A stretch of DNA of 64,000 nt, taken from NCBI RefSeq assembly GCF_016433145.1, contig NC_058130.1:649109001-649173000 (forward strand), read 5' to 3'. The translations under genes and the position numbers were made by a program. The notes beneath the pieces are model-generated. The model made no database searches, was not told where the DNA came from, and saw only the letters and a list, made by a program, of their open reading frames with translations. Shown piece after piece: positions 13,721-25,944 of this stretch; the stretch's first letter is position 1, and each line of letters starts with the position of its first letter. This DNA is from Gracilinanus agilis (Eukaryota).

Positions 13721-14395
13721 TTATAGAATAAGCTTAGAAGGAATAACTGAAACTAGATTGTAAAAAGTGTTAAATGTCAAATAGGGATGTCTGTATTTCA
13801 TTTTAGAGGACACTGAATTTTCTTGACTACCAATGGGTCTTTGTTTCCCAAGTGCAACATATAAAAGAAATTGTGTCTCTGGTTTCTCTGCCATTTACCC
13901 CCTAAATTGACCTATTGCTTCTCTAAGAATTGCCCTTTTCTTAAGGCATAAGTAGGCAGGGTAGAATATCTAGCTTCTGTCAAAGGTTGCTTTGTTTATT
14001 TTTTCTTTCATTTTTTAATGGAGTTTTAAGAAGTCTTGTGTCCCCAAGTTACAGAGAGGAGGCTGATTTACAATGGTGGGGGAGGAAGTTTTGATACTGA
14101 AAGTTCTTCATACTGATAAAAATCATGGATGAGAAACAATACTTAATTAACCAATAAAGTCTTATAAATTCCATGAAAGCAGGACTGAATCTTTTCTACT
14201 TCTCAAAGAACTAAGTATAAATACTTCTTTTAATTTCTATAATAAAAATTAGTGAATAATTAAGTTAAATTTCAATCATCGTATTCAAGGACTGATCATG
14301 TTCTAATTTATCTCATTTTCCTCTAGTTGTCAGGCTTTAGGTCATTTATTGTATTACAACTCTATTAATCAAATCATTTAATCCTTTATATATAT

Positions 14396-14398
<3 letters not shown>

Positions 14399-14472
<74 letters not shown>
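14399..14472. repeat. (GA)~37 microsatellite with one interruption
   Basis: Read directly from the sequence. Confidence 0.97.
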
Positions 14473-14479
14473 TGCCAAG

Positions 14480-15050
14480 GAGTTTGTTTAATGCTTGGAA
14501 TACAAAGAAAGAAATGAAGTTGTTTCTATACTCAAAATTATAGTCTAACAAAATGCATTCATATTTACAACATGTGAACAGAAAATAAATACAAGGGAGT
14601 TGGAAGAGTAAATGTGCAATCAATTGGGAATGGAGGATGTGGATGAATCAAGAAAGACTTCAGAAAAAAGACAGTTTTTGAGACAAATCTTGAATGGACT
14701 GGAGCAGGGAGACATGGAAGAAGGCAGAACAATTAGAATGCCTTTGAAATATAGTCCTGGAGAGGAATAATGCTGATTTAAACTAGAAGGTAGTTTGTGT
14801 CTATGAATGGAGGAGTATGTGTCTATATTGGCATTGATTCTAATAGCTGAAAGTAATGTGGAAGTGGATTCCACTAGAAAGGCCAGGACTTGACAGTTGT
14901 GTTTTGTATGTGGAGCAATCAGTATGCTAGTTTGGCTGGATTTCAAGTACAAGAAAAGGAGTACAAAGGAAAGAAAATTGAAAAGAAAATGGAGAGCCTT
15001 AAGCATTAGAAATAACTTAAATTTGTTATCAAAAGAGATCAAATAAGTAC
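14480..15050 (-). mobile_element. L2 fragment
   Basis: Purine-rich reverse-L2 signature (gacagtttttgagacaaatcttgaatgga ... aggccaggacttgacag ... ggagagccttaagc). Accounts for ORF 14620-15042. Confidence 0.7.
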
Positions 15051-15229
15051 AGTGCTTTGTAATTCTTATAGCACTATATAGGTTCTGGCTATGATCATCA
15101 TTATTAATAATTATCTAATTTGAAGAAATTCACATGCCAAACAGAGGTCACTATTTTTGATCCTCGAGGCCAAAGGGAATCACTAGATTTACTAAGTAAT
15201 AGAAGCAACACAATCAGATCTATGTTATC

Positions 15230-18200
15230 TTTTTTTTAACTGATCATTTATTTATTTTTAGCATTCTACTCTTTTAAAATTTTGAATTCCAAATTTTCTC
15301 CATCACTCCTATATTTTCCCCACCAATTGAAAAGACAAGAAAAACATTGTATATTATACATGTTAATTCATGCAATTATATTTCCATATTAGCCATATTG
15401 CAAAAAACTGAAATAAAAGTGAGAAAGTTATACTTCAATTTGTACTAAGAGTTTTTCAGTTCTCTCTAAGGTGGTAGAAAATATATTTTTCAACATGAGT
15501 CCTCTAAAATTGTATTTAAGTACTATTTTAATCATTATAATATTGATATTAGTGTGTATAATGAGCCCCTGGCTTTTCTCACTTTACTTTGAATCAATTC
15601 ATAGAGATCTTCCAATGTTTACTGGACATTTTTTACGTTTATTGGACTCATCATTTTTACATCATATTTTACAATAACCTTCCATCACAACCATATGCTA
15701 CTACTTGTTCAGCCATTCTCCAATTGATGATAATCCTCTCCATTTCCAATTCTTTACCACAACAAAAAAGCCACTATAATATTTTTGTACATATAGGTCC
15801 TTTCTTTTTCTTTGATCTTTTTGGGATACTGTCTTAGAAGTTGAATTTTGTATTGCTGAATTAAGTATATTAACAGTTTTATAACCCTTTGAGCATAGTT
15901 CCAAAATGTTCTCCAGAATGATTGGACTAGTTTATAACTACCAACATTTTTTTAGTATACCCATTTCCCCCCAACACCACCTTTTTTTTCTAGACAAATA
16001 TAATTAATTTGTCATTTTGGATAGGTTTGAAGTGGTACCCTGGAGTTGCTTTAATTTACAATTCTCTAATCAATAATGATCTAGAGAATTTTTATGACTA
16101 TAGATAACTTTAATTTCTTCTGAAAGCTGTTTCTTCATATCCGTGGACCATTTATTGAATGGGGAATGGCTATTATTTTCATAAATTTGACTCAATTTCC
16201 TAAAAGAAATGAGGCCTATATTAGAGAAAATTGCTAGAAAAAATAGAAATTATTTCATTGTCCAGAAAACCTAGCAAAATTTAGTTTTTCTAGTTTTCTT
16301 TTAATTAGGCCCAGTTTTGCTTTTGCTTTGTCTGAGATAATGATTATTACTCTGCCTTTTTCATTTCATGTAAATCATAATAGATTCTGCTCCAAACTTC
16401 TATTTTAACTTTAGGTTTGCCCTTTCTGTTTCAAGTATGGCTCTTTTAAATAATGCATTGTTGGATTCAGGTTTCTAATCCATTCTGCTATCTGCTTATG
16501 TTTTATGCTTGAGCCCATCCCATTTCCATACAATTATGATTACTAACTGCGTATTTCCATTCTATTTTCTTATGTTTATCTTTCTCTGTCTCTTTTATCT
16601 TTTTCCTCCTCTAAAGTCTGTTCTGCCTCTGACCTTTGCCTCCGTTAATCCTCCCTCCTTTGTATCATCCCACACATCTCATATCTTCTGTTCATCCTAT
16701 TTTCTTATTGGTGTCAAAACAATTTCTATACCCAACTGAGGATATATATTCTCCCCTATTTGAACCAATTCCAACAAGAGTAAGATTCATAAACTCACTG
16801 CCACTCTACCCTCATTTTCCTCTGTAAAAAGCTCTTCCTGGCATGCTTATATTATATTTATGCCTATATATGCCTATATTATAAAAACTTCTTCCTTCTA
16901 CCTCTCTTTTCCCTTCTGTGCAAATGCTCTTTTACTTTTTTGTTTTTTTTTTTGATAGATTATCTCAACATCATTGAATCACACTCATGCCCACCCTCTG
17001 TCTATGTAGACTCCTTCTAACTACCCTGATAATGATAAAGTTATTAGGATTTAAAATGATCATCTTCTCACATAGGAATATAAACAGTTTAAACATATTA
17101 AGTCCCATATGATTATACTTTGATGTTTCCCTCTTTTTTAAGCTTCTCTTAAGTTTTGTGTTTCAGTGTAAAAGTTTCTATTTACTATGGCCTTTTCATC
17201 AGGAATGTCTATTTGATTATTTGATTAAATATCATTTTTCTCTTTAAAGGATTATAGTCAATTTTTCTGAACAAGTTATTCTTGGTTGTAATCCTAGCTT
17301 CCTTGCCTTCCAGAATATCATATTCTAAGCCCTCTGCTCCTTTAACATGGAATCTCCAAGATCTTGTGTGATTCTGGATGTGGCTTCATGATATTTCAAT
17401 TATTTCTCTCTGGATGCTTGCAATATTTTCTCCTTTGACTGGGTGCTCTGGGGTTTGGCTATAATATTCCTGAGAATTTTCATTTTGGAATATCTTTCAG
17501 AAAGTGATCAGAAATTTATTTCAATTTCCAATTTTTTCCTTCATCAAAGATATTGGAATAGCTTTCTTTGACAACTCTTTGAAATATGATTTCTGGGGTC
17601 TTTTAAAAAAATATGGCTTTTAAGTAAACCAGTAATTTAAAAAATTATATCCTTAATCTATTTTCTACATCCGTTGTTTTTCCAAAGAGATATCCTTTTC
17701 ACACAGTCATTAGTTTCCACTGGCTCAATTCTAATTTTAATGAATGATTTTTTCAGTGAGCTATTATATATCTTTTTTCCATTTGGCCAATACTGCTTTT
17801 TAGAGCATTCATTTCTTCAGAAAAAATTTTTGTGGCTCTTTTACCATTAGATCAATTGTTTAAGATGTTATTTTCTTGAGTATTTTTCACATCTCTTTTA
17901 CAAAGCTATTCATTCTCTTTTCATAATTTTCTTATATAACTCTCATTTCTTTGCATATTTTCCCTTCAACTCCCCTATGATTCTGAAAATAATTTTTTAG
18001 CTCTCCTTGAAATTCATGTTTTGCTTATGCCCACATTGTATTTCTTTTTGTGACTTTGGTTTTAAATGTTTCCCTGTTGTTTTCTTCTGAATTTCTGTCT
18101 TGGGCTACAGTGTACTACATTATATTTTTATAGACACAATCTTTTTTTGTTATTTGCTTTTTTCCCAGCCTATTTGTGACCAACTACAAGTGCTTTGCTT

Positions 18201-18613
18201 CACCTTGGAATTATGACCCAGAATTGCTTTGGGATAATAGAGTTGTCAGCCATTGTCAACTTCTCTCAGTGCCAGCAAAGAATTCCTGGTAATCTTTTTC
18301 TACCCAGTTGTTTGAGCCCTTTCCCATTTCTGGGTTGAAAGCTCCCCAAACTGCTGCTATTGCTGCCCCATCTCAAGCCTGTGACAATCCTGCTGTCCTC
18401 TTCATGCATTCAAGACAGACCTCCATCCTAGTTTCACGGACATCTCCTACCAACCTCTTGAGATGCCATGGCCAGAAAAATGTCTTACCCCATTGTTTCG
18501 TTGGTTCTGCCACTCCAAATTTTATTTAAGATATTATTTTAAAGTTGCTTAGAGGGAAAGCTTTGGGGAATTCATTTGAGTAGATGCCTCTTCTTCACTG
18601 TCTTGACTCCTCC
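15230..18613 (-). mobile_element. 5'-intact L1 with a large internal ORF2 deletion (5'UTR, ORF1, EN start, ORF2 C-terminus, 3'UTR, polyA)
   Basis: 5' terminus GGAGGAGTCAAGACAGTG (18613-18596) resembles the L1 start GGAGGAGCCAAGATGGCG. Degenerate ORF1 at ~17130-18100 (RITQDL, GLQPRIT-like). EN start at ~16245-16520 (IAEWIRN, IISDKA). ORF2 C-terminus at ~15660-16240 (KNWKWRGLSSIGEWLNK in the ORF track). A8 tail at 15230-15237. Confidence 0.82.
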
Positions 18614-18639
18614 ATACTTTCACTTACATTATAAAAATA

Positions 18640-19380
18640 TTTGGAAGCAATCTAGAGAGTGTATTGAGGTGGGAAGAAAATGAAAATTGCTGATAAAATA
18701 AGCTTTTGCAGTATTGTAGTCAAGAGGTAAAGATAGCTCTAAATTAGAATGTTGGTACTGTGATTATAAATGAGGGAATGTAAGAAAAATATGTTCTGGA
18801 TAATATTTACTAACTCATTATATAGGATTAGTGAGAATGCAGAAAATAACGAAACTAGATGATCTTGACAATAATTGGGAAATTTGGGAGAAAGTGGGTT
18901 TTGGAGGAAATTTTAATTAATTTTGTTTTGGACATATTAGGTTTAGATACCTACAGAATGTTAATTCAAAAGTCATTTATGTGAATTGGTAGAAGACTAA
19001 TAAAATATCAGAAAAGGCTTTTGCAAAGACAACAGCTGATTTGATCACTGAAGGAATTCAGGGAGCTGGAAAACTGCAGTAAGGATAGGTATTTCCAGCA
19101 CTGAAGAAAGCCTCTAAAAAGGCTTTTTGTATCTCCTACATAGATAGAAGAAGAAATATTGTTGTAAGGAACAGCAAATAAGTCAGTTTGGCCAGAGTGT
19201 TAAGTGTGTGAGGTAGAACAAAGTATAATCAATGTGAAAATGTCTAAATGCCAAACTGAAGCACTTTTGCTTCATCCCAGGGGCTAACGGGAACCTTTGA
19301 AACTTCTGGTATAGATGAATGATGTGGTCAGCTGCATGGTATTTCTAAAGAAACATCAATATGGCACAAGCAATAAGGAG
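18640..19380 (-). mobile_element. L2 fragments
   Basis: Reverse-L2 motifs: ttttgttttggacatattaggtttagatacctacag and gtttggccagagtg ... atgccaaactgaagcac. Confidence 0.6.
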
Positions 19381-19389
19381 TAAAAAACT

Positions 19390-19570
19390 GAAAGCCAGGG
19401 CAACCTGGGATCACGCTGTTCCTCCAACACATGCTGATTTTATGACCCTGGGCAACTCATGTAACTTTTCAATTATCTTAAAATTCTCTTAGACTATAAG
19501 TTGCAGAATAGGTGCCAAATTTCAATGGTAAAAAATTTTCTCACTCAAGATTTATTTGTACCCTTGAAAT
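19390..19570 (+). mobile_element. Marsupial CORE-SINE with WALLSI4-like tail
   Basis: tgaccctgggcaactc followed by ctcttagactataagttgcagaataggtgcc. Related copies at ~22150-22260 (-), ~25560-25720, ~43530-43740 and ~54430-54610. Confidence 0.55.
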
Positions 19571-20039
19571 TATTAGAGCCATTAGTTATTTATTATCAAT
19601 CTGGCAACTAAATATAGATATTTCTCTTGGAGAGAGAAGGATCTGCTTATAGAGAGATCAATTAGAAGAGTTTTATAATAGCCCTGGGGGGAGATAATGA
19701 GGCCCTACCTTAAGGACAATAGTTGGGGTATGAGTGGAAAAAAAGAGAAAGTATAATGAATTTCATTCTAGTTCTTTATTTTAACTCTGTATTATATCTC
19801 TAGCTTTTCTTCAAAGTTTGGTTTTCATATGCATCAAATTTTGAAGCACTATTTTCTAATTCATTCTGCAACTCTCTTCAATTTTATGGGTAAGTTGAAA
19901 CCCCTAATATTAAAGGTATAATCTATAGAACTTTATACTTCATGGCCTACATTCTACTAATCTAATTTATTTTCTGATGAAAGACTTCTGATGAGAGAAA
20001 ACCATCTGTGACAAAATAGTTACGTTTGGACAGCTCTAA

Positions 20040-20560
20040 TTTTTAGCAAATTTTTTCCAGACATCAGACTAAATTAATTCTTACACATTACTTCTGATTC
20101 TCTGGCACTAAATAGAACAAGTCTAATCTATCTTCCATATGATAATACTTATACTTGCACCTAGTTACTCTGTCTCCCCACTCCCAATCTTACCCAGCTT
20201 AATCTTCTTTCTCAAGCATGAATGTCCCAAGACTAAATGTCCCAAGATCAAATTTCAACCAGATCTCCAATGGTGGAGCCTCCAGGGTCTTTTACTTCTC
20301 TGATCGTCCTTTTCTGGGTATTCTCCCATTATTCAATGATCTTGTGCCCAGAGTTGAATAAAATATCACAAATATTCTTTGACAATGGAAGAATTTTACC
20401 TCCTTACTCCTAGAAGCTATGCCTCTATGAAAGGTGGTCTGAATTCATTTTTTGGGAGGGGGGGAGGAGAGGAAGGAACTTACATTGATCTTGAAGTCCA
20501 TTAAAATTCAAGCCTTTCTTTAAAAAAACACTACCAAACTCACATTGATTTCAACATTAT
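20040..20560 (-). mobile_element. L3/CR1 RT-region fragment
   Basis: aatagaacaagtctaatctatcttccatatga ... cttgtgcccagagttgaataaaatatc resembles reverse CR1/L3 ORF2. Confidence 0.6.
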
Positions 20561-21185
20561 ATTTTCAGAGCTTAATGAAGCACTTTATATAAATCGTGCA
20601 TTTAATTAATGCATTTTGGAAGAACAAGAATGGAATTTGCTAAAATGCTTCCATGACAGTTAGAAGGGACCACGAAAGGAAGGTTCTGATATACTTGTCT
20701 ATAGCACTATTTGAAAGATAATTTACAATGTATTCTCAAACTACTTTGATTATTTCATGTATCCTTGTTACACTACTGCAATTGTGAAGTCAACTTTAGA
20801 AATAGGTATGTTCTCCAAGATGTGAAAGGAAATGAAAAATAGAGCATTTGATCATTAGTGGGGAATAGTGCAGATCTGGACAGCATTAAAAAAATTGCTT
20901 TTGTAACTACTTTGGTAAATGTCTGCTACATAATGTGCCTAAGTAGAAATTTGGGATGGAGTTTGTAAACTTGGGCCTGGATCAGAACTTGAGTGCAAAG
21001 AACAGGATTTATCACAAACAGGACATATCCTTCTGTAACAATCTAAATAAATAAAATTCATGCATCTATTTTCTTTCACTAAACAGGATGAGCCCATTAC
21101 AGTGATCGGAATTCCCATATCAAGAGAAAGTCTCCGATAATTACAGCAAAGTGTGTGCAGAAACTTATATTTAATGTTAAGCTAT

Positions 21186-21427
21186 TTGCTGTTCAGTTGT
21201 ATCAGTTTTTCAGCCCAACTTTTCATAGCCCTGTTTGGGGTTTTCCTAGCAAAGATCATGAAGTGGTTCACCATTTCCTTCTCCAGATCATTTTACAGAT
21301 GAGGAAACTGAGGCCAACAGAGTAAAGTTACTTGCACAGGATCACACAGCTATAAGTTTTTGAGACCAGATTGGAACTCAGATCTTCCTGACTCAGGCCC
21401 AGCACCTTATCCAATATGCCTCCCAGC
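21186..21427 (-). mobile_element. Mar1 CORE-SINE
   Basis: gttcagttg ... tggggttttcctagcaaagatcatgaagtggttcaccatttccttctccagatcattttacagatgaggaaactgagg. Confidence 0.85.
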
Positions 21428-21905
21428 TTCTCAGGAAGTTAAGCAATAGCCAGATGGCAAAATTTAGTACCTCCTTGAGGATTTCTTTCTCTCTATGAAA
21501 TAGCCAATATTCTTACCTAAGTGAGAAACATCCATGGGAGAACTGATATAAAACAAGACCTCGTATGAGAAGACTTGGATTCAAGTCCCTGAAGTAGATT
21601 TGTGATGCCTTTCAAGTCAATCATCCCCTTTGAACCACATTTCTTCTTTGGTACTTTTGAAACTCTCTCTATATTCAGTGCTTAAATGGGAATGATATTT
21701 GCCCTACCAGCCTTTCAGAATTGTAAGAAAAGTACTCTCTGCCAACTCCACAGTGCAGAGTATGCATTCTCTCTCTATGAATAATAAATATTTTTGGTAG
21801 TACTTTATGGTTTGCAAATCACCATAACATGTTATCTCAGTTGAAAGAAAAAGCAATCATTAACTGTGTGATATAAGCAAAGCACCATCAGTATATGTAC
21901 ATGTA

Positions 21906-21921
21906 TATCTATCTGTCTGTG

Positions 21922-21962
<41 letters not shown>

Positions 21963-21985
21963 GTCTGTCTGTCTGTCTCTCTATC
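21906..21985. repeat. (TATC)n(TGTC)n tetranucleotide microsatellite with a degenerate flank to ~22080
   Basis: Read directly from the sequence. Confidence 0.95.
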
Positions 21986-22279
21986 TAAATATATATCTAA
22001 AATCTCTCTTATCTAAATATCTGTCATAACTATCATCTCTGTCATCTATCAATTTATGTCTATCCATCTATCATCTACCTATACCTATTTTTCTGTTTGT
22101 ATGGAGTCTATCTTTTCCTTTTTATCATTTTTTCATTTGTTCTAAAGGACTCCCAATGACGAAACTTCTGTTACCAATAGAGATCAGCATTTTCTTTATA
22201 TCTGATACTCTGAAAGAGTTGTGAGTAACAGACTTGCACAGGCTCACATAGTCAATTTGTTTCAACTAAAGAAAGAAAT

Positions 22280-22510
22280 AAGTATTTGTTAATGGCATAT
22301 TGCCTACAAAGCACTGTGTTAGATATTAATACATTTGATCCTTATAGCACTCATGGGAGAGGTAGGTGCTTTTATTACTTTCATTTTACAGTCGAGGAAA
22401 CTGAGGAAGGCAGAAATGACTTGCCTCAGATTACACAACTACTAAGTATCTAAAGTTGAAATTGTATTCAGATATTATATATATATTGCATTCTAGGCAC
22501 TGCTCTACCT
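22280..22510 (-). mobile_element. MIR SINE
   Basis: tcattttacagtcgaggaaactgagg ... gacttgcctcagattacacaact. Confidence 0.75.
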
Positions 22511-23268
22511 AGCAAAGGACAGGACAGAATTACTTGACTCTGAGGCCAGCTCTATCTTTAATACCATGATGCCTCTCAAAGTGCCATAGGAATATAAGCT
22601 ATTACCACTGCAATACTTCACATTAGTGGTGGAAAGTCTTGTCTTTCTCCATCCAAGGTGTTATTTGAACTGAATATATACGGTCATAAGGAGCATCTAT
22701 CTATGAAAAGAACTGGCAGATAAAAGGAAGGCACTGGGTCACACAGGTAGTAAGTAGAAAGCCTAAAACCAGGCCTCCTGATTCGTTATCCAATACTCTT
22801 TCCACCATGTCACTCTTTTTCATTTTAAATACTAAATTCTATGCATTCCTATTAGTTAATAAATTCCCTTTGTGTACACTTCTTTATCAGGCCTGCAAAA
22901 CTCTATTAGGACCATTATGTTCAAATTGCTGGAAAGCTATCATAGAAAATACATGAAAGTTCACAGAATAACGTAAGTGAAAATGTACATAAAAGGTGCT
23001 GTTTTGACCTTAAAATAATTTATTTTGCTTGACACTTATATCACTTCCCAGTTGGTAGCCCCACTGTTTATTTGAAGTTAAATACTGATTAGTCTTGTTG
23101 CCAGTCCTTTTTTTAACAAACATACAAAGCTAAATTTACAAACCTTCATTAAGCCAAGAGTCCTATTAAACAAGTCAGTCCTTGCTGTTAGCAGTGTACA
23201 GAGTATGTAGATGCTCTTTGAATCTCTGCGTTGAAACACATTCTTTGTTTTTGTAGAAAGCTTAAGAA

Positions 23269-23297
23269 ACACACACACACACATACACACACACACA
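23269..23297. repeat. (AC)n tract, read as (UG)n on the ANGPT1 pre-mRNA, 44 nt into intron 2
   Basis: Read directly; one interruption at 23284. Confidence 0.95.
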
Positions 23298-23341
23298 TCT
23301 TCATAGTTAACAGCATGTCAAGTCTGGCCCCAGGGACATAC

Positions 23342-23497
23342 CTGGGTCTCCACATCTGTAAGTTTTCTTGTCTGCTCTGCTGTTTGACTAAGGAGGCTGG
23401 TTCCTATCTCGAGCATGGTGGCCGTATGGTTCTGAACAGCGTTCTGCTGTAGCTGAGCCATCTCCGACTTCATATTTTCCACAATGTAATTCTCAAG
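23342..23497 (-). CDS. ANGPT1: Angiopoietin-1 coding exon 2 (coiled-coil region)
   Basis: Translates to LENYIVENMKSEMAQLQQNAVQNHTATMLEIGTSLLSQTAEQTRKLTDVETQ, nearly identical to recalled mammalian ANGPT1. 156 nt, phase 0-0. Acceptor ttctcacAG at 23499-23498 after a pyrimidine tract; donor GTATGT at 23341-23336. Contains the NHT sequon. Confidence 0.97.
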
Positions 23498-24109
23498 CTG
23501 TGAGAAATAAAGAAAGAACATAGTGCATTCTAAGTCAAACTATAAATTATTTAACTCAGTATATAAAATATAATAAATAATATAACTCAACAACACAAAT
23601 CTGGAAAATCCATCCTCATTTGATGATGGTTAGCTTAATGAGACATAAATAACAGTTATGACATCCATGATAGGTGGCATAAAATTCATGTACAAAATCA
23701 ATATTTTAAATAAAATTCAATTAACTGGCAATTGGGGAAAGAAGCAGAAATCTAGTGAGGGAAAGATGGCTACCTAGAGAAAAGGAGCTGAGTAGGTTGG
23801 AACCAGGAATGCAATTGAGATGTGGAGGAGGAACTGAAGGAATTGATTATACTCCCTAGAAGTTTCCAATTTTGACTAATTATCACTGCTAACTCATTTG
23901 CTTCTATGCAACTAAAGGAGTACAAGTGCCATTAATCATCTAAAATGTGTTGCCTCAATACAAATCTCTATGATTCCCATCCTAATAATAGATCTTCTTC
24001 TACTTTTCCATTAATGGTAGAAAGAGTGGAGAAAACCATTAGATTCTCACTTTTACCAATTCATCACGGCAGACATCACCAGCCTAAGTGTAACTCAAGT
24101 GAATTTTAA

Positions 24110-24700
24110 TCAACCAACAAGATGTTATTGACTTCCTCTTATTACCAGTCACTATGAATACAAAAATAACAATATTCAAATAATCCCTGCCCTCAAGAAG
24201 CTTGCATTCTATTGGGAACGACATTTACAAACACAAGTATATAGAAATTAAATCTAAAGAAATACATTTTTTTAAAAAGGCACTGATACCCACCCTTACC
24301 AATCTTCCACCTATGAGAGACAATACACCGAAGTACAAGGGTTAAAAAAAAAGGCACTGATAGACAGGGTGATCAGGAAAAGTCTTCTGTAGTTGGTGTT
24401 GAGCTTTGAAGAAAACTGAGGATTCAAAAAGGTAGAGCTGAGAAAGGAATTTTTTACAAGTTGTGTGGGACAGACTACAAAGGTGTGGAGCATTATGTAT
24501 GAAGAATAGCAAAAAAAGCCACTTTGATTGGACAATAGAATTCTTGGAAGAAAATAACATTAAGAAAGAGAAGTTGGAGTTAGGCTGTTAACAGCTTTAA
24601 ATATAAAGCAGAGAAGTTTATATTTGACCCTAGAGGTAACAGAAAGCCACTGGCGTTCATCAAGTTGAGTAATTTCATGATTAAAGTTGTACTTTAGGAA
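24110..24700 (-). mobile_element. L2 3' fragment interrupted by a young SINE
   Basis: atccctgccctcaagaagcttgcattctattggg ... ggtgttgagctttgaagaaaactgaggattc ... cagaaagccactgg. Confidence 0.75.
24289..24347 (+). mobile_element. Severely 5'-truncated SINE1_Mdo-type insertion with a 15-bp TSD
   Basis: The insert cccacccttaccaatcttccacctatgagagacaatacaccgaagtacaagggttaaaa matches the 3' end of the full SINE at 53301-53484. Perfect TSD aaaaaggcactgata at 24274-24288 and 24348-24362, at a TTTT/AAAA site. Confidence 0.88.
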
Positions 24701-25941
24701 TATTAATGAAATTTACAATTTTTAAAGTATTTTCAGCTTATTCCACTGTATCCTCAAAGCAAGTTGGTACAATAGGAAGGACATTTTACACGTAAGTAAA
24801 ATGTCTTTCAGAAATTAAGTGACTTGACCAAGAATACAGAGCTATTAAATAGCAGAGGCAAGTCTAATTCATAGTCCATTGATTTTTCTCACTTCATGGT
24901 CATGCTTATTCAATACTAAAAGATCAAATTTCCAGTTTTGATTCCTGCTACTTTTATCTTCATTTAAAATGAGGAATCTTTCTGTAAGGATAACTACCTT
25001 AGACTTTTGTTCAGAAGAAGCTGTTGCTATCAAGCTTATGCTAAATTGCTACAGAGGAAAACCAGATCATTGGATTAGAATGGAGCAGACAAGCCACATA
25101 ATAGACACTAAAATGATGAACAACCCATAGAATAGTATTTCTTCTTCCCAGAAAGGACGCCATTCAATTCTTCTTCATTCATCATATAGAAGTAGGAACC
25201 TAGAGAAATTAAGTGCCCTAATATCAGGGAGTATCAGGGACCCTAGCAGATAAAAGGTCCTAATTTTCTTGCATATATAGCATCCACAGATTTAATTCCT
25301 ACAACTCCATTTTTCAATGGCTACATTTTATGGTCCCAATTACATATATGTGGAAACTAGAGCCCCATAAAGGTAGCTCCATGGCCACACACCACAGTAA
25401 TAGCCATAGCTAAATTTGAACACTAAAGTCTTTAACTCCTACTACAATGTTCTTGGAACTTGATAACTATGCCAAATGACTACTCACAAACCTAATTCAG
25501 TATTAGCAATTTTGTGACTGATGTTTTTCTTTTATTATACATTTAGTGAACCATTTATTAGTTAATATTTTGCTATGACTTAAATTTTTCTTTACTGACC
25601 ATGTTCCTTTGGTAAAATCACAACTTCTTAGTGCTAAATTATTTAAGATTATAAATTGCAGAGAAATTGCTAATCTGCACTTGTTGAGTAAATTTCCTCA
25701 CCTCAACTTCTAATGCTAATGAAATGGCAGCTCCAATTTCTAATCTTGATTGTATATTAGTATGTAATACCCATATGGCTACATCATTTTTTTTTGTTTT
25801 CAAGGTCTTGGAAACTTAGATGTAAAACATAGCCATCTGTTGATTACTATTCTTATATATAATACATTCTCTGGTTGATAGAAAATAGACTGGGTGCAGC
25901 AAATGAAAACAAATATATAGTAACACAAAGTTTGCAAAGCT

Positions 25942-25944
<3 letters not shown>

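Larger units (their letters stand above)
9923..23341 (-). other. ANGPT1: ANGPT1 intron 2 (13.4 kb)
   Basis: Bounded by the exon 2 GT donor and the exon 3 AG acceptor. Confidence 0.93.

Noticed and set aside
14620-15042. 140-aa ORF, the longest gap-free ORF in the track
   Set aside because: It lies inside a degenerate L2 fragment. Composition is L/F/S-rich with no domain; a chance open frame.
9801-23497. Possibility that the exons belong to ANGPT2 or ANGPT4
   Set aside because: The residues VENMKSEMAQ, TATMLEIGTSLLSQ and ENSLSTYKLEKQLLQQT match ANGPT1. ANGPT2 as recalled has QDNMKKEMVE, TAVMIEIGTNLLNQ and EHSLSTNKLEKQILDQT.
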